A stretch of DNA of 61,580 nt, taken from the NCBI RefSeq assembly GCF_004010195.1, contig NC_057749.1:10587271-10648850 (forward strand), in the 5' to 3' direction. The position numbers and the translations under genes are program-made. The DNA is from Chiloscyllium plagiosum (taxonomy: Eukaryota). A model generated the notes under the pieces. It was not told the origin of the DNA, ran no database searches, and saw only the letters and a program-made list of their open reading frames with translations. Of this stretch, positions 24,594 to 36,595 are shown one piece after another (the stretch's first letter is position 1; every line of letters begins with the position of its first letter).

Positions 24594-27500
24594 ACCTAAC
24601 CTGTACATCCCTGGGCACAATGGGCAATTTCCCATGGCTAATCCACCTAACCTGTACATCCCTGGGCACAATGGGCAATTTCCCATGGCTAATCCACCTA
24701 ACCTGTACATCCCTGGGCACAATGGGCAATTTCCCATGGCTAATCCACCTAACCTGTACATCCCTGGGCACAATGGGCAATTTCCCATGGCTAATCCACC
24801 TAACCTGTACATCCCTGGGCACAATGGGCAATTTCCCATGGCTAATCCACCTAACCTGTACATCCCTGGGCACAATGGGCAATTTCCCATGGCTAATCCA
24901 CCTAACCTGTACATCCCTGGGCACAATGGGCAATTTCCCATGGCTAATCCACCTAACCTGTACATCCCTGGGCACAATGGGCAATTTCCCATGGCTAATC
25001 CACCTAACCTGTACATCCCTGGGCACAATGGGCAATTTCCCATGGCTAATCCACCTAACCTGTACATCCCTGGGCACAATGGGCAATTTCCCATGGCTAA
25101 TCCACCTAACCTGTACATCCCTGGGCACAATGGGCAATTTCCCATGGCTAATCCACCTAACCTGTACATCCCTGGGCACAATGGGCAATTTCCCATGGCT
25201 AATCCACCTAACCTGTACATCCCTGGGCACAATGGGCAATTTCCCATGGCTAATCCACCTAACCTGTACATCCCTGGGCACAATGGGCAATTTCCCATGG
25301 CTAATCCACCTAACCTGTACATCCCTGGGCACAATGGGCAATTTCCCATGGCTAATCCACCTAACCTGTACATCCCTGGGCACAATGGGCAATTTCCCAT
25401 GGCTAATCCACCTAACCTGTACATCCCTGGGCACAATGGGCAATTTCCCATGGCTAATCCACCTAACCTGTACATCCCTGGGCACAATGGGCAATTTCCC
25501 ATGGCTAATCCACCTAACCTGTACATCCCTGGGCACAATGGGCAATTTCCCATGGCTAATCCACCTAACCTGTACATCCCTGGGCACAATGGGCAATTTC
25601 CCATGGCTAATCCACCTAACCTGTACATCCCTGGGCACAATGGGCAATTTCCCATGGCTAATCCACCTAACCTGTACATCCCTGGGCACAATGGGCAATT
25701 TCCCATGGCTAATCCACCTAACCTGTACATCCCTGGGCACAATGGGCAATTTCCCATGGCTAATCCACCTAACCTGTACATCCCTGGGCACAATGGGCAA
25801 TTTCCCATGGCTAATCCACCTAACCTGTACATCCCTGGGCACAATGGGCAATTTCCCATGGCTAATCCACCTAACCTGTACATCCCTGGGCACAATGGGC
25901 AATTTCCCATGGCTAATCCACCTAACCTGTACATCCCTGGGCACAATGGGCAATTTCCCATGGCTAATCCACCTAACCTGTACATCCCTGGGCACAATGG
26001 GCAATTTCCCATGGCTAATCCACCTAACCTGTACATCCCTGGGCACAATGGGCAATTTCCCATGGCTAATCCACCTAACCTGTACATCCCTGGGCACAAT
26101 GGGCAATTTCCCATGGCTAATCCACCTAACCTGTACATCCCTGGGCACAATGGGCAATTTCCCATGGCTAATCCACCTAACCTGTACATCCCTGGGCACA
26201 ATGGGCAATTTCCCATGGCTAATCCACCTAACCTGTACATCCCTGGGCACAATGGGCAATTTCCCATGGCTAATCCACCTAACCTGTACATCCCTGGGCA
26301 CAATGGGCAATTTCCCATGGCTAATCCACCTAACCTGTACATCCCTGGGCACAATGGGCAATTTCCCATGGCTAATCCACCTAACCTGTACATCCCTGGG
26401 CACAATGGGCAATTTCCCATGGCTAATCCACCTAACCTGTACATCCCTGGGCACAATGGGCAATTTCCCATGGCTAATCCACCTAACCTGTACATCCCTG
26501 GGCACAATGGGCAATTTCCCATGGCTAATCCACCTAACCTGTACATCCCTGGGCACAATGGGCAATTTCCCATGGCTAATCCACCTAACCTGTACATCCC
26601 TGGGCACAATGGGCAATTTCCCATGGCTAATCCACCTAACCTGTACATCCCTGGGCACAATGGGCAATTTCCCATGGCTAATCCACCTAACCTGTACATC
26701 CCTGGGCACAATGGGCAATTTCCCATGGCTAATCCACCTAACCTGTACATCCCTGGGCACAATGGGCAATTTCCCATGGCTAATCCACCTAACCTGTACA
26801 TCCCTGGGCACAATGGGCAATTTCCCATGGCTAATCCACCTAACCTGTACATCCCTGGGCACAATGGGCAATTTCCCATGGCTAATCCACCTAACCTGTA
26901 CATCCCTGGGCACAATGGGCAATTTCCCATGGCTAATCCACCTAACCTGTACATCCCTGGGCACAATGGGCAATTTCCCATGGCTAATCCACCTAACCTG
27001 TACATCCCTGGGCACAATGGGCAATTTCCCATGGCTAATCCACCTAACCTGTACATCCCTGGGCACAATGGGCAATTTCCCATGGCTAATCCACCTAACC
27101 TGTACATCCCTGGGCACAATGGGCAATTTCCCATGGCTAATCCACCTAACCTGTACATCCCTGGGCACAATGGGCAATTTCCCATGGCTAATCCACCTAA
27201 CCTGTACATCCCTGGGCACAATGGGCAATTTCCCATGGCTAATCCACCTAACCTGTACATCCCTGGGCACAATGGGCAATTTCCCATGGCTAATCCACCT
27301 AACCTGTACATCCCTGGGCACTATGGGCAATTTCCCATGGCTAATCCACCTAACCTGTACATCCCTGGGCACTATGGGCAATTTCCCATGGCTAATCCAC
27401 CTAACCTGTACATCCCTGGGCACTATGGGCAATTTACCATGGCTAATCCACCTAACCTGTACATCCCTGGGCACAATGGGCAATTTCCCATGGCTAATCC

Positions 27501-27720
27501 ACCTAACCTGTACATCCCTGGGCACAATGGGCAATTTACCATGGCTAATCCACCTAACCTGTACATCCCTGGGCACTATGGGCAATTTACCATGGCTAAT
27601 CCACCTAACCTGTACGTCTCTGGGCACTATGGGCAATTTCCCATGGCTAATCCACCTAACCTGTACATCCCTGGGCACTATGGGCAATTTCCCATGGCTA
27701 ATCCACCTAACCTGCACATC
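24594..27720. repeat. 51-bp tandem array, ~61 copies, derived from a SINE body
   Basis: Unit AACCTGTACATCCCTGGGCACAATGGGCAATTTCCCATGGCTAATCCACCT. Copies look identical up to ~27320; variants (cactatg, tttacc) occur only in the last ~8 units. The array runs directly into a SINE head. Confidence 0.98.
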
Positions 27721-27850
27721 TTTGAATTGTGGGAGGAAACCCACGCCGACAAGGGGATATTGTGCAAGATCCACACAGTTGGTCACCCAAGGCTGGAATC
27801 GAACCTGGACCCCTGGTGCTGTGAGGCAGCAGTGCTAACCACCATGCTGC
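27720..27850 (-). mobile_element. tRNA-derived SINE head (HE1-like) at the end of the array
   Basis: Reverse complement of the ggtggttagcactgctgcctcacagcaccag...ggttcgattcc A/B-box head seen in the other SINE copies. Confidence 0.9.
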
Positions 27851-28183
27851 CTTTTATTCTGGAGTAAGTCTTCTGATTCCAAACAGAAAGCCATGATGTA
27901 AAGTCAAATTGCTTTAATAATTGTTCATTTAATCACTTACAGTCATTATTTATTTTATTTACAAATACGTATTTTTAGGAAATTACGTATCAGCTAAGAG
28001 TTTTATAAAGCTTCAGGTTTGAGAAGATGATTCCTATTCAGTGTGGTTAGAGGCTGTTCTAGAATATTCTCTTGTAGAAATTTGGAGCAAGTGCTATGAT
28101 GGCCTGAAGAATCATAAGAGAATTGATTAATGAAGCACTTTAGCCACAGTAAGGTTGTTACCGTCCTGTGGAACCATTCCCAC

Positions 28184-28185
<2 letters not shown>

Positions 28186-28219
<34 letters not shown>
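28186..28219. repeat. (GA)n microsatellite at the tail of a minus-strand tRNA-like SINE (~28220-28351)
   Basis: About 17 GA units. Confidence 0.9.
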
Positions 28220-28220
<1 letters not shown>

Positions 28221-28677
28221 GGGCGACTGGTGGTGGTTTTGCCTGAGGTGAGGAGTGAGGTTGAGAAGGAGGGAGCTTCACAGTAACCTCAGCCAGTGTG
28301 GGAAATTGAACATGTGCTGTTGGCATCACAAACCAGCCCAGTGAGCTAACCAGCTACAGTAACCGCAAAGAGAAAAAAAAACGGATTTCACAGCATAGAA
28401 GCTGGCCATTCAACCCAGGTGGTATGCTGTTGCCCAGAGATCTGGTCTCATGGTGCCACACGCCAATGTCTTCTATCATCTCCACATGTCCATTGTAGCT
28501 CGTCTACAATCAATCTGTGACATTCGACAGCCATTGATATCTACATTGATCCCTCTTCCTGCTGCCCTCTACATTGCTGCCTCGAGGGGATCTGTGTAGC
28601 CCTTCATCCTGACCAACTGTATTAAGCTGGTGTCAAAGCTCCACTTGAGCCACGGTCTCTCCCGACTTCATTTAATC

Positions 28678-29365
28678 CTGGATTCCAGGGTTGGAATGTC
28701 GTCTGAAGACAGACTGGATCAGTTAGGACTATATTCATTGGAGCTTAGAAGAATGAGGTGGCAATCTCATAGAAACTGAAATAACTGCGCAGAGTCCAGT
28801 GTCCTGTCACTAAGTTACCCTTTATTTACACATGCACAGGACATGGACTCTGACCAGTTAGCTCAGAGCCAGTGCCTAGAGTGAGGAGACACTCTGAGAC
28901 TCCTGTTTATATCTGTCAGCCAGGGCTCCCTGATTAGTCCTGGTTAACAGCCCCAATCAGGGATCTCATACTCAACCTCGTTCCAATCATGATAGAAACC
29001 TATAAATGTTTGACAGAACTAGACAGGGTAGATGCAGGAAGGATGTTCCCAATGCTCAGGGAGCCCAGGACCAGGGGCCTCAGTATCAGGATACAGGGTA
29101 GACTGTTTGGGACTGAGATACAGAGAATTTTCCTCACCTCGAGAGTAAGGATCCTATGGAAATCTCTGTCACAGAAAATGGTTGAAGCCAAAACATTGAA
29201 TGTTTTCAAGGAGGAGTTAGATATAGATCTTCGGGCTAAAGGGATCAAACGATATGGGGAGAAAGCAGGAACTAGGGACTGATCTAGATGAGCAGTCATG
29301 ATTGTATAGAATGATGGAGCAGGTTTGAAGGGCTGAATGGCCTACTCCCACTCCCATTTTCTATG
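28678..29365 (+). mobile_element. CR1-like LINE 3' fragment interrupted by an LTR-like insert
   Basis: GLYSLELRRMR...IETYKCLTELDRVDAGRMFP motif. Confidence 0.85.
28777..28991 (-). mobile_element. Short solo-LTR-like element
   Basis: On the minus strand: paired ccctgattgg/taatcaggg boxes, gatataaac and gtaaataaaggg. Flanked by duplicated atagaaac; homologous to 21500-21690. Confidence 0.55.
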
Positions 29366-30197
29366 AAACCCCTTTACCACAGCCCCTGTGTTCTTTCTCC
29401 ATCACCTAATCTCCTCCAAAGGCTTCTATGGTGTGTCCCAGAATTAATCTATGCAGCAGGGAGTTCAACATTCTAATCCTTCTCTGAGTTAAGAAGTTTC
29501 TCCTGAATTCTCTACTGGATCGAATAGTCATTATCTTATACATCTGACCATTTTTTTTTCTGCATCTCTCTCTCTCTCGCATCAAACATTTTCATAATTT
29601 TAAAGGCACCTATCAAGTAATCTTTTCTCAAGATAAAGACCTGTAGTCTGTTAAATGTTACCTGAAAATTATAAGTTCAGTTCTGGAACATCCATATCAA
29701 TTTGTCTAACACTGTGTCCAGTGCCTCCATATCCTTCTTGCAATATAGTGACTAGAAATGTGCATTGACCCCTTTGCCTCTTATATCTTTTATCTTTCAA
29801 GGACTATGCAACCTTCTTATTCTCCTTAGCAAAATGTACCATCCCACTCATATTTTAACTGGATTTACTGTGCTCATACACACAACCCTTTTGTAAGCTA
29901 TCGCAACAAGTTACGCAACAATTGTCACCAAAACTCAAAGAATATATGATGATATAAATCAAATTCCTTAAAAGTGATGTCCTGTATATAAGTCAAACTT
30001 GGCTTGTGCTTTCAAATACTCACGGTTGTTGTAAGGGGCCTGTAGTATGCAGCCATTTGACGCATTCTGAATATAAGTCGGCCTTCTCCTAATTCAAGAA
30101 ATCCAGCATAAACCCGCAACCTACGCTTCCCCTTTCCTGTGCGCAGAATTCGCAAAGTACCCAGCAGCCAACTTGCTCATGTGCCCTTGACACTTAC

Positions 30198-30215
30198 GCA
30201 GCCTCCCTTTAGCAT
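30198..30215 (-). CDS. TSPOAP1: Candidate first coding exon of the host gene (MLKGGC)
   Basis: Minus strand reads gcaacATG CTA AAG GGA GGC TGC|gtaagt: A at -3, an in-frame TAG six codons upstream, and a consensus phase-0 donor matching the phase-0 acceptor at 20573. An alternative ATG|gtaact at 30243-30245 is also phase 0. Gene name is tentative, from recall of the downstream peptide. Confidence 0.55.
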
Positions 30216-30676
30216 GTTGCTAAGTAGCCTCTACCTAGTTACCATTGAGATCACAGATTGATTCGTGTTCACGGTAGCAACCACTGGTGCGATTCAACTC
30301 AGGGAAGCTACTTAGATAAAGCAAAGAAACCATTAACCTGCTTATTGCACTGACGCAACATTCCAAATATCTGCTTCCTGGCAAATAATAGTTTTGGAAC
30401 ACAGTCCTCAATGTCTGCAGATAGAACAGCAATCTTCCCCCTTCTCTCTCTCTGTCTCTCTCCCGGCGTACTGCAGTGAATAATCAGTTAGTATCTAAAG
30501 GCTTGGGCTGCCTGCCACATTCACAATTGCTCTCTCCATTCTTGTGGCATACAATAAATGCTTTGTCACCCCTCGTGGTTGCTACAACACAACCTTTCCT
30601 TAGTAACCAGCAGATATTACACTGGCTGCGCGTGGCTGAACACGGGAATGTGGGGGAATGGAGGGTAATTAATAAA

Positions 30677-30690
30677 GTTACCATGGAAAC
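30677..30690. promoter_or_regulatory. RFX X-box in the putative promoter
   Basis: GTTACCATGGAAAC is a near-palindromic match to the RFX X-box, about 460 bp upstream of the candidate ATG. Additional half-sites (gttgctaag ~30216, tagcaac ~30295, ggttgcta ~30577, tagtaac ~30601) lie in the same repeat-free block. Confidence 0.55.
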
Positions 30691-30837
30691 AAACTTGTCT
30701 GTTTCCAGGGGAGGGGAACAAAGACATCACCTCGTTTCATGAGAATGGTGCGTTCCTCAAACTGAGCAAAATGCAGGTTTTTGGCTGTTATATAGTCAGA
30801 GTTTTACAGCACAGAAACAGACCCTTCAGTCCAACCA

Positions 30838-32090
30838 GTCATAGAATCATAGAGGTGTACAGCATGGAAACAATGTCAAACATAATCCCAAACAAAACTA
30901 GCCCCACATGCCTGCTCCTGGCCCATATCTCCGCAAACCATTCCTATTCATATAGTTATCCAAATGTCTTTTAAATCCTGTAATTGTACCCACATCCACC
31001 AATTCCTCAGGAAGTTCATTCCACAGGTGAACCACCCAGTGTGTAAAAAATTCCCTCCTTTGTCTTTCTTAAATCTCTCCTCTCCTCTTAAAAATGTGCC
31101 CCCTAGTCTTGAAATCCCCCACCCTAGGGAAAAGGCAACTACCACGCACCTTATCTATTCCCCTCATTATTTTATAAATTTCTATAAAGTCATCTCTCAA
31201 CCTCCTACACTCCAGTGAAAAAGGTCCCAGCCTATCCAGTCTTTCTTATAACTCAAACCTTCCATTCCCAGCAACATCCTGGTAAATCTCTTCTAGGTCC
31301 TCTCCAACTTAATAATACCCTTCCTATAACAGGCCGGCCAGAACTGGACACAGTATTCCAGAAGAGGCCTAACCGATATCCTGTACAACCTCAACATGAC
31401 GTCCCGACCCCTGTACTCAAAGGTCTGAGCAATGAAGGAAAGAATGCCAAACTCCTTCTTGACCAACCTATCTATGTGTGACACAATTACCAAGAATTAT
31501 GTACCTGAATCCCTCGGTCCCCCTGTTCTACTACACTACCCAGGGCCCTAACATTAACTGTATAAGTCCTGCCCTTGTTTGTTCTACCAAAATGCAATAC
31601 CTCACATTTGTTTTCAGATTAGATGCCCTACAGTGTGGAAACAGGCCCTTCGGCCCAACAACTCCACACCGACCCTCTGAAGAGTAACCCACCCAGACCC
31701 ATTTCCCTCTGACTAATGCACCTAACGCTATGGGCAATTTAGCATGGCCAATTCACCTGAACTGCGCACCTTTGGACTGTGGGAGGAAACCAGAGCACCC
31801 GGAGGAAACCCACGCAGACACGGGGAGAATGTGCAAACTCCACACAGACAGTTGCCCGAGGCATGGAATCGAACCTAGGACCCTGGTGCTGTGAGGCAGC
31901 AGTGCTAACCACTGAGCCACCATGCCACCCTGAAAGGCCCAGAATTTTTCCAAATTCAATTCCAACTGCCACTCCTCAGCTCATTGATCCAATCGATCAA
32001 GATCTCTTTATAATTTTAGACCCAACTGTCCACTATATCATCAATTTTGATGTCATCTGCAAACTTCCTAACCATGCCTCCTACATTCTC
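30838..32090 (-). mobile_element. CR1-like LINE 3' fragment
   Basis: LRLYRISVRPLLEYCVQFWPACYRKGIIKLER motif. Confidence 0.9.
31615..31930 (-). mobile_element. HE1-like SINE nested in CR1
   Basis: Full-length copy; interrupts CR1 30838-32090. Confidence 0.92.
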
Positions 32091-32630
32091 ATATGCCAGT
32101 GATAGCATCAATCCTCAGTGTACAATGCAAGGCTTCCTGCAAAGCATACAGTAGATGGGGACCATTCAATGGGACTTGCATATAAAACCTTGCTTTGGAC
32201 AGATGCCAAAATTCAACAAGAAAATGACACGTAGATTAATTATGAATAGGAAATGGGTTTCTCAGGGAGAACCTAATTCAGAACCAGTACCAGAGCAGCC
32301 AGTTCTGGAGATGAACTGAACGGTTCCAAACGGTAAAACCAACAGCATGTACAAGAAGGAATTATTTGAATTCTGAACATCAGAACTTTCAGTCACTTTG
32401 GAAATTTTTCACATGTCACTGAAATTCCATGTCCCTCAAACCCGCATGGACATCCTATTTTACTTTGAATTTGCACCATTGGTCTATCTAAGTGCTTAAG
32501 CTCCACATGAATTTCTTTCGGCTATTTTATTGAATTCACTCACTTACCAGCATATCCTTTGACACCTTCCCTCCTCTTGCTTGTTTAGCTTCCTCTTAAA
32601 CATACCTTTGCCATTTATCATAATGTGCGT

Positions 32631-32849
32631 GTGCTGGTGTTGGACTGGGATGAACAAAGTCAGAAGTCACACAACACCGGGTTACAGTCGAACAGGTTTA
32701 TTTGAAATCACAAGCTTTCAGAACGCCGCTCCTTTGTCAGGTGAAACCTGACCCTTCATCTTCACCTGACGTAGGAGCAGCGCTCTGAAAGCTTGTGATT
32801 TCAAATAAACTTGTTGGATTGTAACGTGACGCCATGTGACTTCTGACTA
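32631..32849. mobile_element. Fold-back PLE-derived mini-element, family A
   Basis: Arms ~32657-32745 and 32761-32849 are inverted around a 15-nt spacer. Both hammerhead cores are mutated (CTGACAA, CTGACGT). Colinear with 718-918. Confidence 0.8.
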
Positions 32850-33175
32850 TTTACCCTAATTCTTCATAAAAGTACAGCTCCCATCAGGGATGTCTTTGGC
32901 AATGTCCCCTCTAAGCTTGGTGCAATTCTTTCCTGATTGGAGGCCTGTGCAGCAGGGAAAATGAATTTGAGGACAAGTTGATATTGGGTAGATTCACAAC
33001 CGCCCATCTTTCTTATGGATCTCATGTTGGGAAAGATGTCTTATCTCACAACTTTGACCAAAGATACGGTTAAGCTTAACAAAGAGCAACACATGACTTG
33101 ATAGTTTATTATATTACATTAGAAATACATGATGTTCCCTTGTAAAACACAGTAGACTATAATGTCATTGGACAT

Positions 33176-33513
33176 TAGGCAAAGTGGCTCAGTGTTTAGC
33201 ACTGATACCTCACAGTGCCAGGGACCTGGGTTCAATTCCACCCTTGGGCAATTGACTGTGTGGGGTTTGTGCATTCTCCCTGTGTCTGCGTGGGTTTCTT
33301 CCCACAGTCACAAAGATGTGCAAATTACAGTGGATTTGCCATGCTAAATTGCCCACAATGTTCAGGGATAAGCATGCTAGGTGGATTTGCCATGGGAAAT
33401 GCAGGGTTGCAGGGACAGGGTACGGGGCAGGCCTGGGTGGGATGTTGTTCAGAAGGTTGGTGCGATTTGATGGGCCAAATGATCTGCTTCAACACTATAG
33501 GGTTTCTATGATA
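33176..33513 (+). mobile_element. HE1-like SINE
   Basis: gtggctcagtgtttagcactg head and a CR1-like tail. Confidence 0.85.
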
Positions 33514-34196
33514 GATTATTGGAGGTCAGTGCTTGTGGTGTGGCAGCAGTGTGTTCAAGTAATGATTTGACTCAGTATAGCTTTTAAACACTTCGGTTCC
33601 TAACCCCTTGATTCAGGTTGGGTGTCTTTAAAGTTGTGTCAATACAGCACTCAAGCAGGTGAAACTATTTACAACCAATGTTCTTCCTCAACACAGTCGT
33701 ATGCATTAGCAATGTTACTGTTAAAAGCACCTTTCAACACATCTTTTTGAGTGCTTCAAAACTGAAATGATATTTTAAATGATTCAGACTTGAGATTAAG
33801 GACTAGGGCAAGGAAAGGGTGTTCTGTATTTAGCAGAGCTCTGCAAAGTGAATGCTAAATGCTTTGCAATAGATCCAGTGTTTATTGGTACAAAGATTGC
33901 CTTCACTTGTATCTGACCAGCCACATAATCCCATTCATTATGAACACACAATGTATCTGATTTGTGCCTAGTTTCACTCTCTGAGTTGCATGTATCACAA
34001 ATGCTGATCTCCCAGTTGTTCTGATACTGCTTCCAGGCTGCCATACGACAAGGGGTAAATGGTAATGCGGGACCCACACTGGTCTTATCGAAATTCAACT
34101 CACGTTGTGCAGGCTGCAATCGATGTCTCATTGTTTTCCCTCAGGTTAAGCAATATGAAAGCAAACTCTCAGTGCGCAGAGGTGTAATTAGCTCAC

Positions 34197-34300
34197 CTTT
34201 GGGGCTGTCCCTCTTTGGAGAGCTGGGGAGATGGTAAATCAGTCGGCTAATGGACAGATACAACAGGACAAGCAGCAAAGGCCAACAGATCACTTCTTAT
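34197..34300 (-). other. Possible non-coding 5' UTR exon
   Basis: Acceptor tctgtctgtctgtgtcctatgcag|ATAAG and donor AAAG|gtgagc. All three frames contain stops. Confidence 0.3.
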
Positions 34301-35194
34301 CTGCATAGGACACAGACAGACAGACCCCAGCACAGAGTACCTCTATTGATGAATCATCTCTTTGTTCATATATTAAACAAATTTAAAAGCTAACTTATTG
34401 AAAAAAAAAGAGAAGATAAGGCCAGAAATACAGACAGGTCCGCCAGCAATCTCTGCAGAACCTTCCTGGTTCTGTCAATGGAGCTCAAACTGTATTTGCA
34501 CCATTTAGCTTATAGATATTATTTATAGATATAGGTCTCACTGGCCAGGCCAGCATTCACTGCTGCTCCATAGCTGCCCAAAAGGATGTTAAGAGTCAAC
34601 CACATTGTTTATGGGTCTGGAGTCACACGCAGGTCGACCAGATAAGGATGAACTTCCTTCCCGAAAGTATATTCATAAATCAAATGTGTTTTTACAACAA
34701 ATGACAGTAGTTACACCATCACCATTAGACTAGCTTTTCATTCCAGACTTTTATTGAATTGAATTTCTAACCATCTGCCATGATGAGATTCAAACCTATA
34801 GCCCTATAATAAAGTCCTTGGCTTGTGGATTACTAGTCCAGTGACATTACCATTTCTCACCACCTCCTCTCACTGTCAGTTGCAAAAGCTTCAGTTAATA
34901 GATCAGATTAGTTAGGGTCTGTTTATCTCCACTTTTGTGCTTTTAAATCAGAAGGTAGAGGGTCAACTCCTTCTCAAGACAGACCCAACAGCTAGTGACC
35001 AGAGGACGTTCTCTGAGCTCAAGAAGGTCAGTCATGTCCAATAGATGTGGCTATCCAGCTATCATCATACAAATGAGGAGCCCCTCCAGCTTGCTTATCC
35101 ATTTGATAACTCATGACTTTGTTTCTGTGACTGCTAATGTCCTGTCTGTCCCACACCCTTTGACTCTCTTTTTAGTCAAACTGAATCCAACTCG

Positions 35195-36172
35195 ACATGG
35201 CGTATACAGTTAATGGTAGGGTCCTAAGGAGTGTTGCCGAACAGAGAGACCTAGAGGTGCAGGTGTATAGCTCCTTGAAAGTGGAGTCACAGGTAGACAA
35301 GGTGGTGGAGAAGGCATTTGACATAGACAATAGATAATAGACAATAGGTGCAGGAGTAGGCCATTCAGCCCTTCGAGCCTGCACCGCCATTCAATATAAT
35401 CATGGCTGATCATTCCTAATCAGTATCCTGTTCCTGCCTTATCTCCATAACCCTTGATTCCACTATCTTTGAGAGCTCTATCCAACTCTTTCTTAAATGA
35501 ATCCAGAGAGTGGGCCTCCACTGCCCTCTGGGGCAGAGCATTCCACACAGCCACCACTCTCTGGGTAAAGAAGTTTCTCCTGAGCTCTGTCCTAAATGGT
35601 CTACCCCGTATTTTTAAGCTATTTGCATTCATTGGTCAGAACATTGAGTATAGGAGTTGGGATGTCACATTGTGGCAATGCAGGGACATTGGTGTGACCT
35701 CTTTTAGAATACTGTGTACAATTCTGGTTGCACTTCTATAGGAAAGATGTTGTTAAACTTGAGAGGGTGCAGAAAAGACTCACAAGGATATTGCCAGGAC
35801 TGGAGGGTTTGAGTTGCGGGGAGAGGCTGAATAGGCTTGGGCTTTTTACCCTGGAACATTAGAGGCTGAAGGGTCATGAGGGGCACAGATACAGCGAATA
35901 GCAAAAGTTTTTTTCCGAGGGTGAGGGAGTCCAAAACTACATGGCATAGATTTACAGTGAAAGAGGAAAGAATTAACAAGGACATGAGAGGTAACTTTTC
36001 ACACAGGAAGTGGTGTGCGTATGGACCGAGCTGCCAGAGTAAGTGGTCAAGGTGGGTACAATTACAGCATTTAAAAGGCACCTGGATGGATATTTGAATA
36101 GGAAGGGTTTAGAGAGATATGGGCCAAATGCTGGCAAATGGGACTTGATCAGATTGGGGTGTTTGGTTAGTA
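35195..36172 (+). mobile_element. CR1-like LINE fragment containing a younger nested CR1
   Basis: TVNGRVLRSVAEQRDL... continues after the insert with EYCVQFW. Confidence 0.88.
35322..35620 (-). mobile_element. Young CR1 3' end with (TCTATTG)n tail, nested
   Basis: Intact frame SLKIRGRPFRTELRRNFFTQRVVAVWNALPQRAVEA...GYGDKAGTGY*. Confidence 0.92.
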
Positions 36173-36463
36173 TGACTCAGACTTCACTGCAGTACCGAGG
36201 AGAGCTCAACAGTAAAATGAAACTCTAAGAAGAAAAAAACTTGTCCTCATCTTAGTTAATTTTAAATTGTCCCTAATTCTAGTCATCCCCACAATGGGAA
36301 ATTTCCCTTCAACATCCACCTTGTCAATCTCTCTCAGAATCTTAGAAATCTCATTAAGATCATCTCTCATTCTTCAAAACTCAAAAGAATGCACATCTGA
36401 TCTAGCCAACTTTTGCTCATCTTAGAACTCAGGCAATAAACCTTTTCTGAACTGCTTCTATTA

Positions 36464-36595
36464 TAATTCCTGATGAAGGGCTTATTCCTGAAATGTTGAC
36501 TCTCCTGCTCCTTGGATGCTGCCTGACCTGCTGTGCTTTTCCAGTGCCATACTGTTCGAGTCGGAACTCCAGCATTTGCAGTCCTCACTGTCTCT
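36464..36595 (+). mobile_element. Single PLE 3' arm, family B, inserted in a CR1 fragment
   Basis: cctgatgaagggcttattcctgaaatgttgactctcctgctcc...ctccagcatttgcagtcctcact. Confidence 0.75.

Noticed and set aside
24594..27720. CRISPR-like array
   Set aside because: The units are contiguous with no unique spacers, there are no cas genes, and the context is eukaryotic.
24455..27867. Four ORFs of 925-1127 aa
   Set aside because: They arise because the 51-bp unit is 17 codons with no stop in four frames. They overlap on both strands and start or end in CR1 or SINE sequence; no evidence of a protein.
29975..30090. DNA-transposon remnant (repeated tataagtc motif)
   Set aside because: Only two short motif matches, with no definable terminal inverted repeats.
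33796..34131. 111-aa minus-strand ORF in unique sequence
   Set aside because: No recognisable domain and no strong splice donor. It cannot be excluded as an alternative exon but is unsupported.
34200..34226. REST/RE1 site
   Set aside because: Only a right half-site (ggacagcccc) with a poor left half and wrong spacing.
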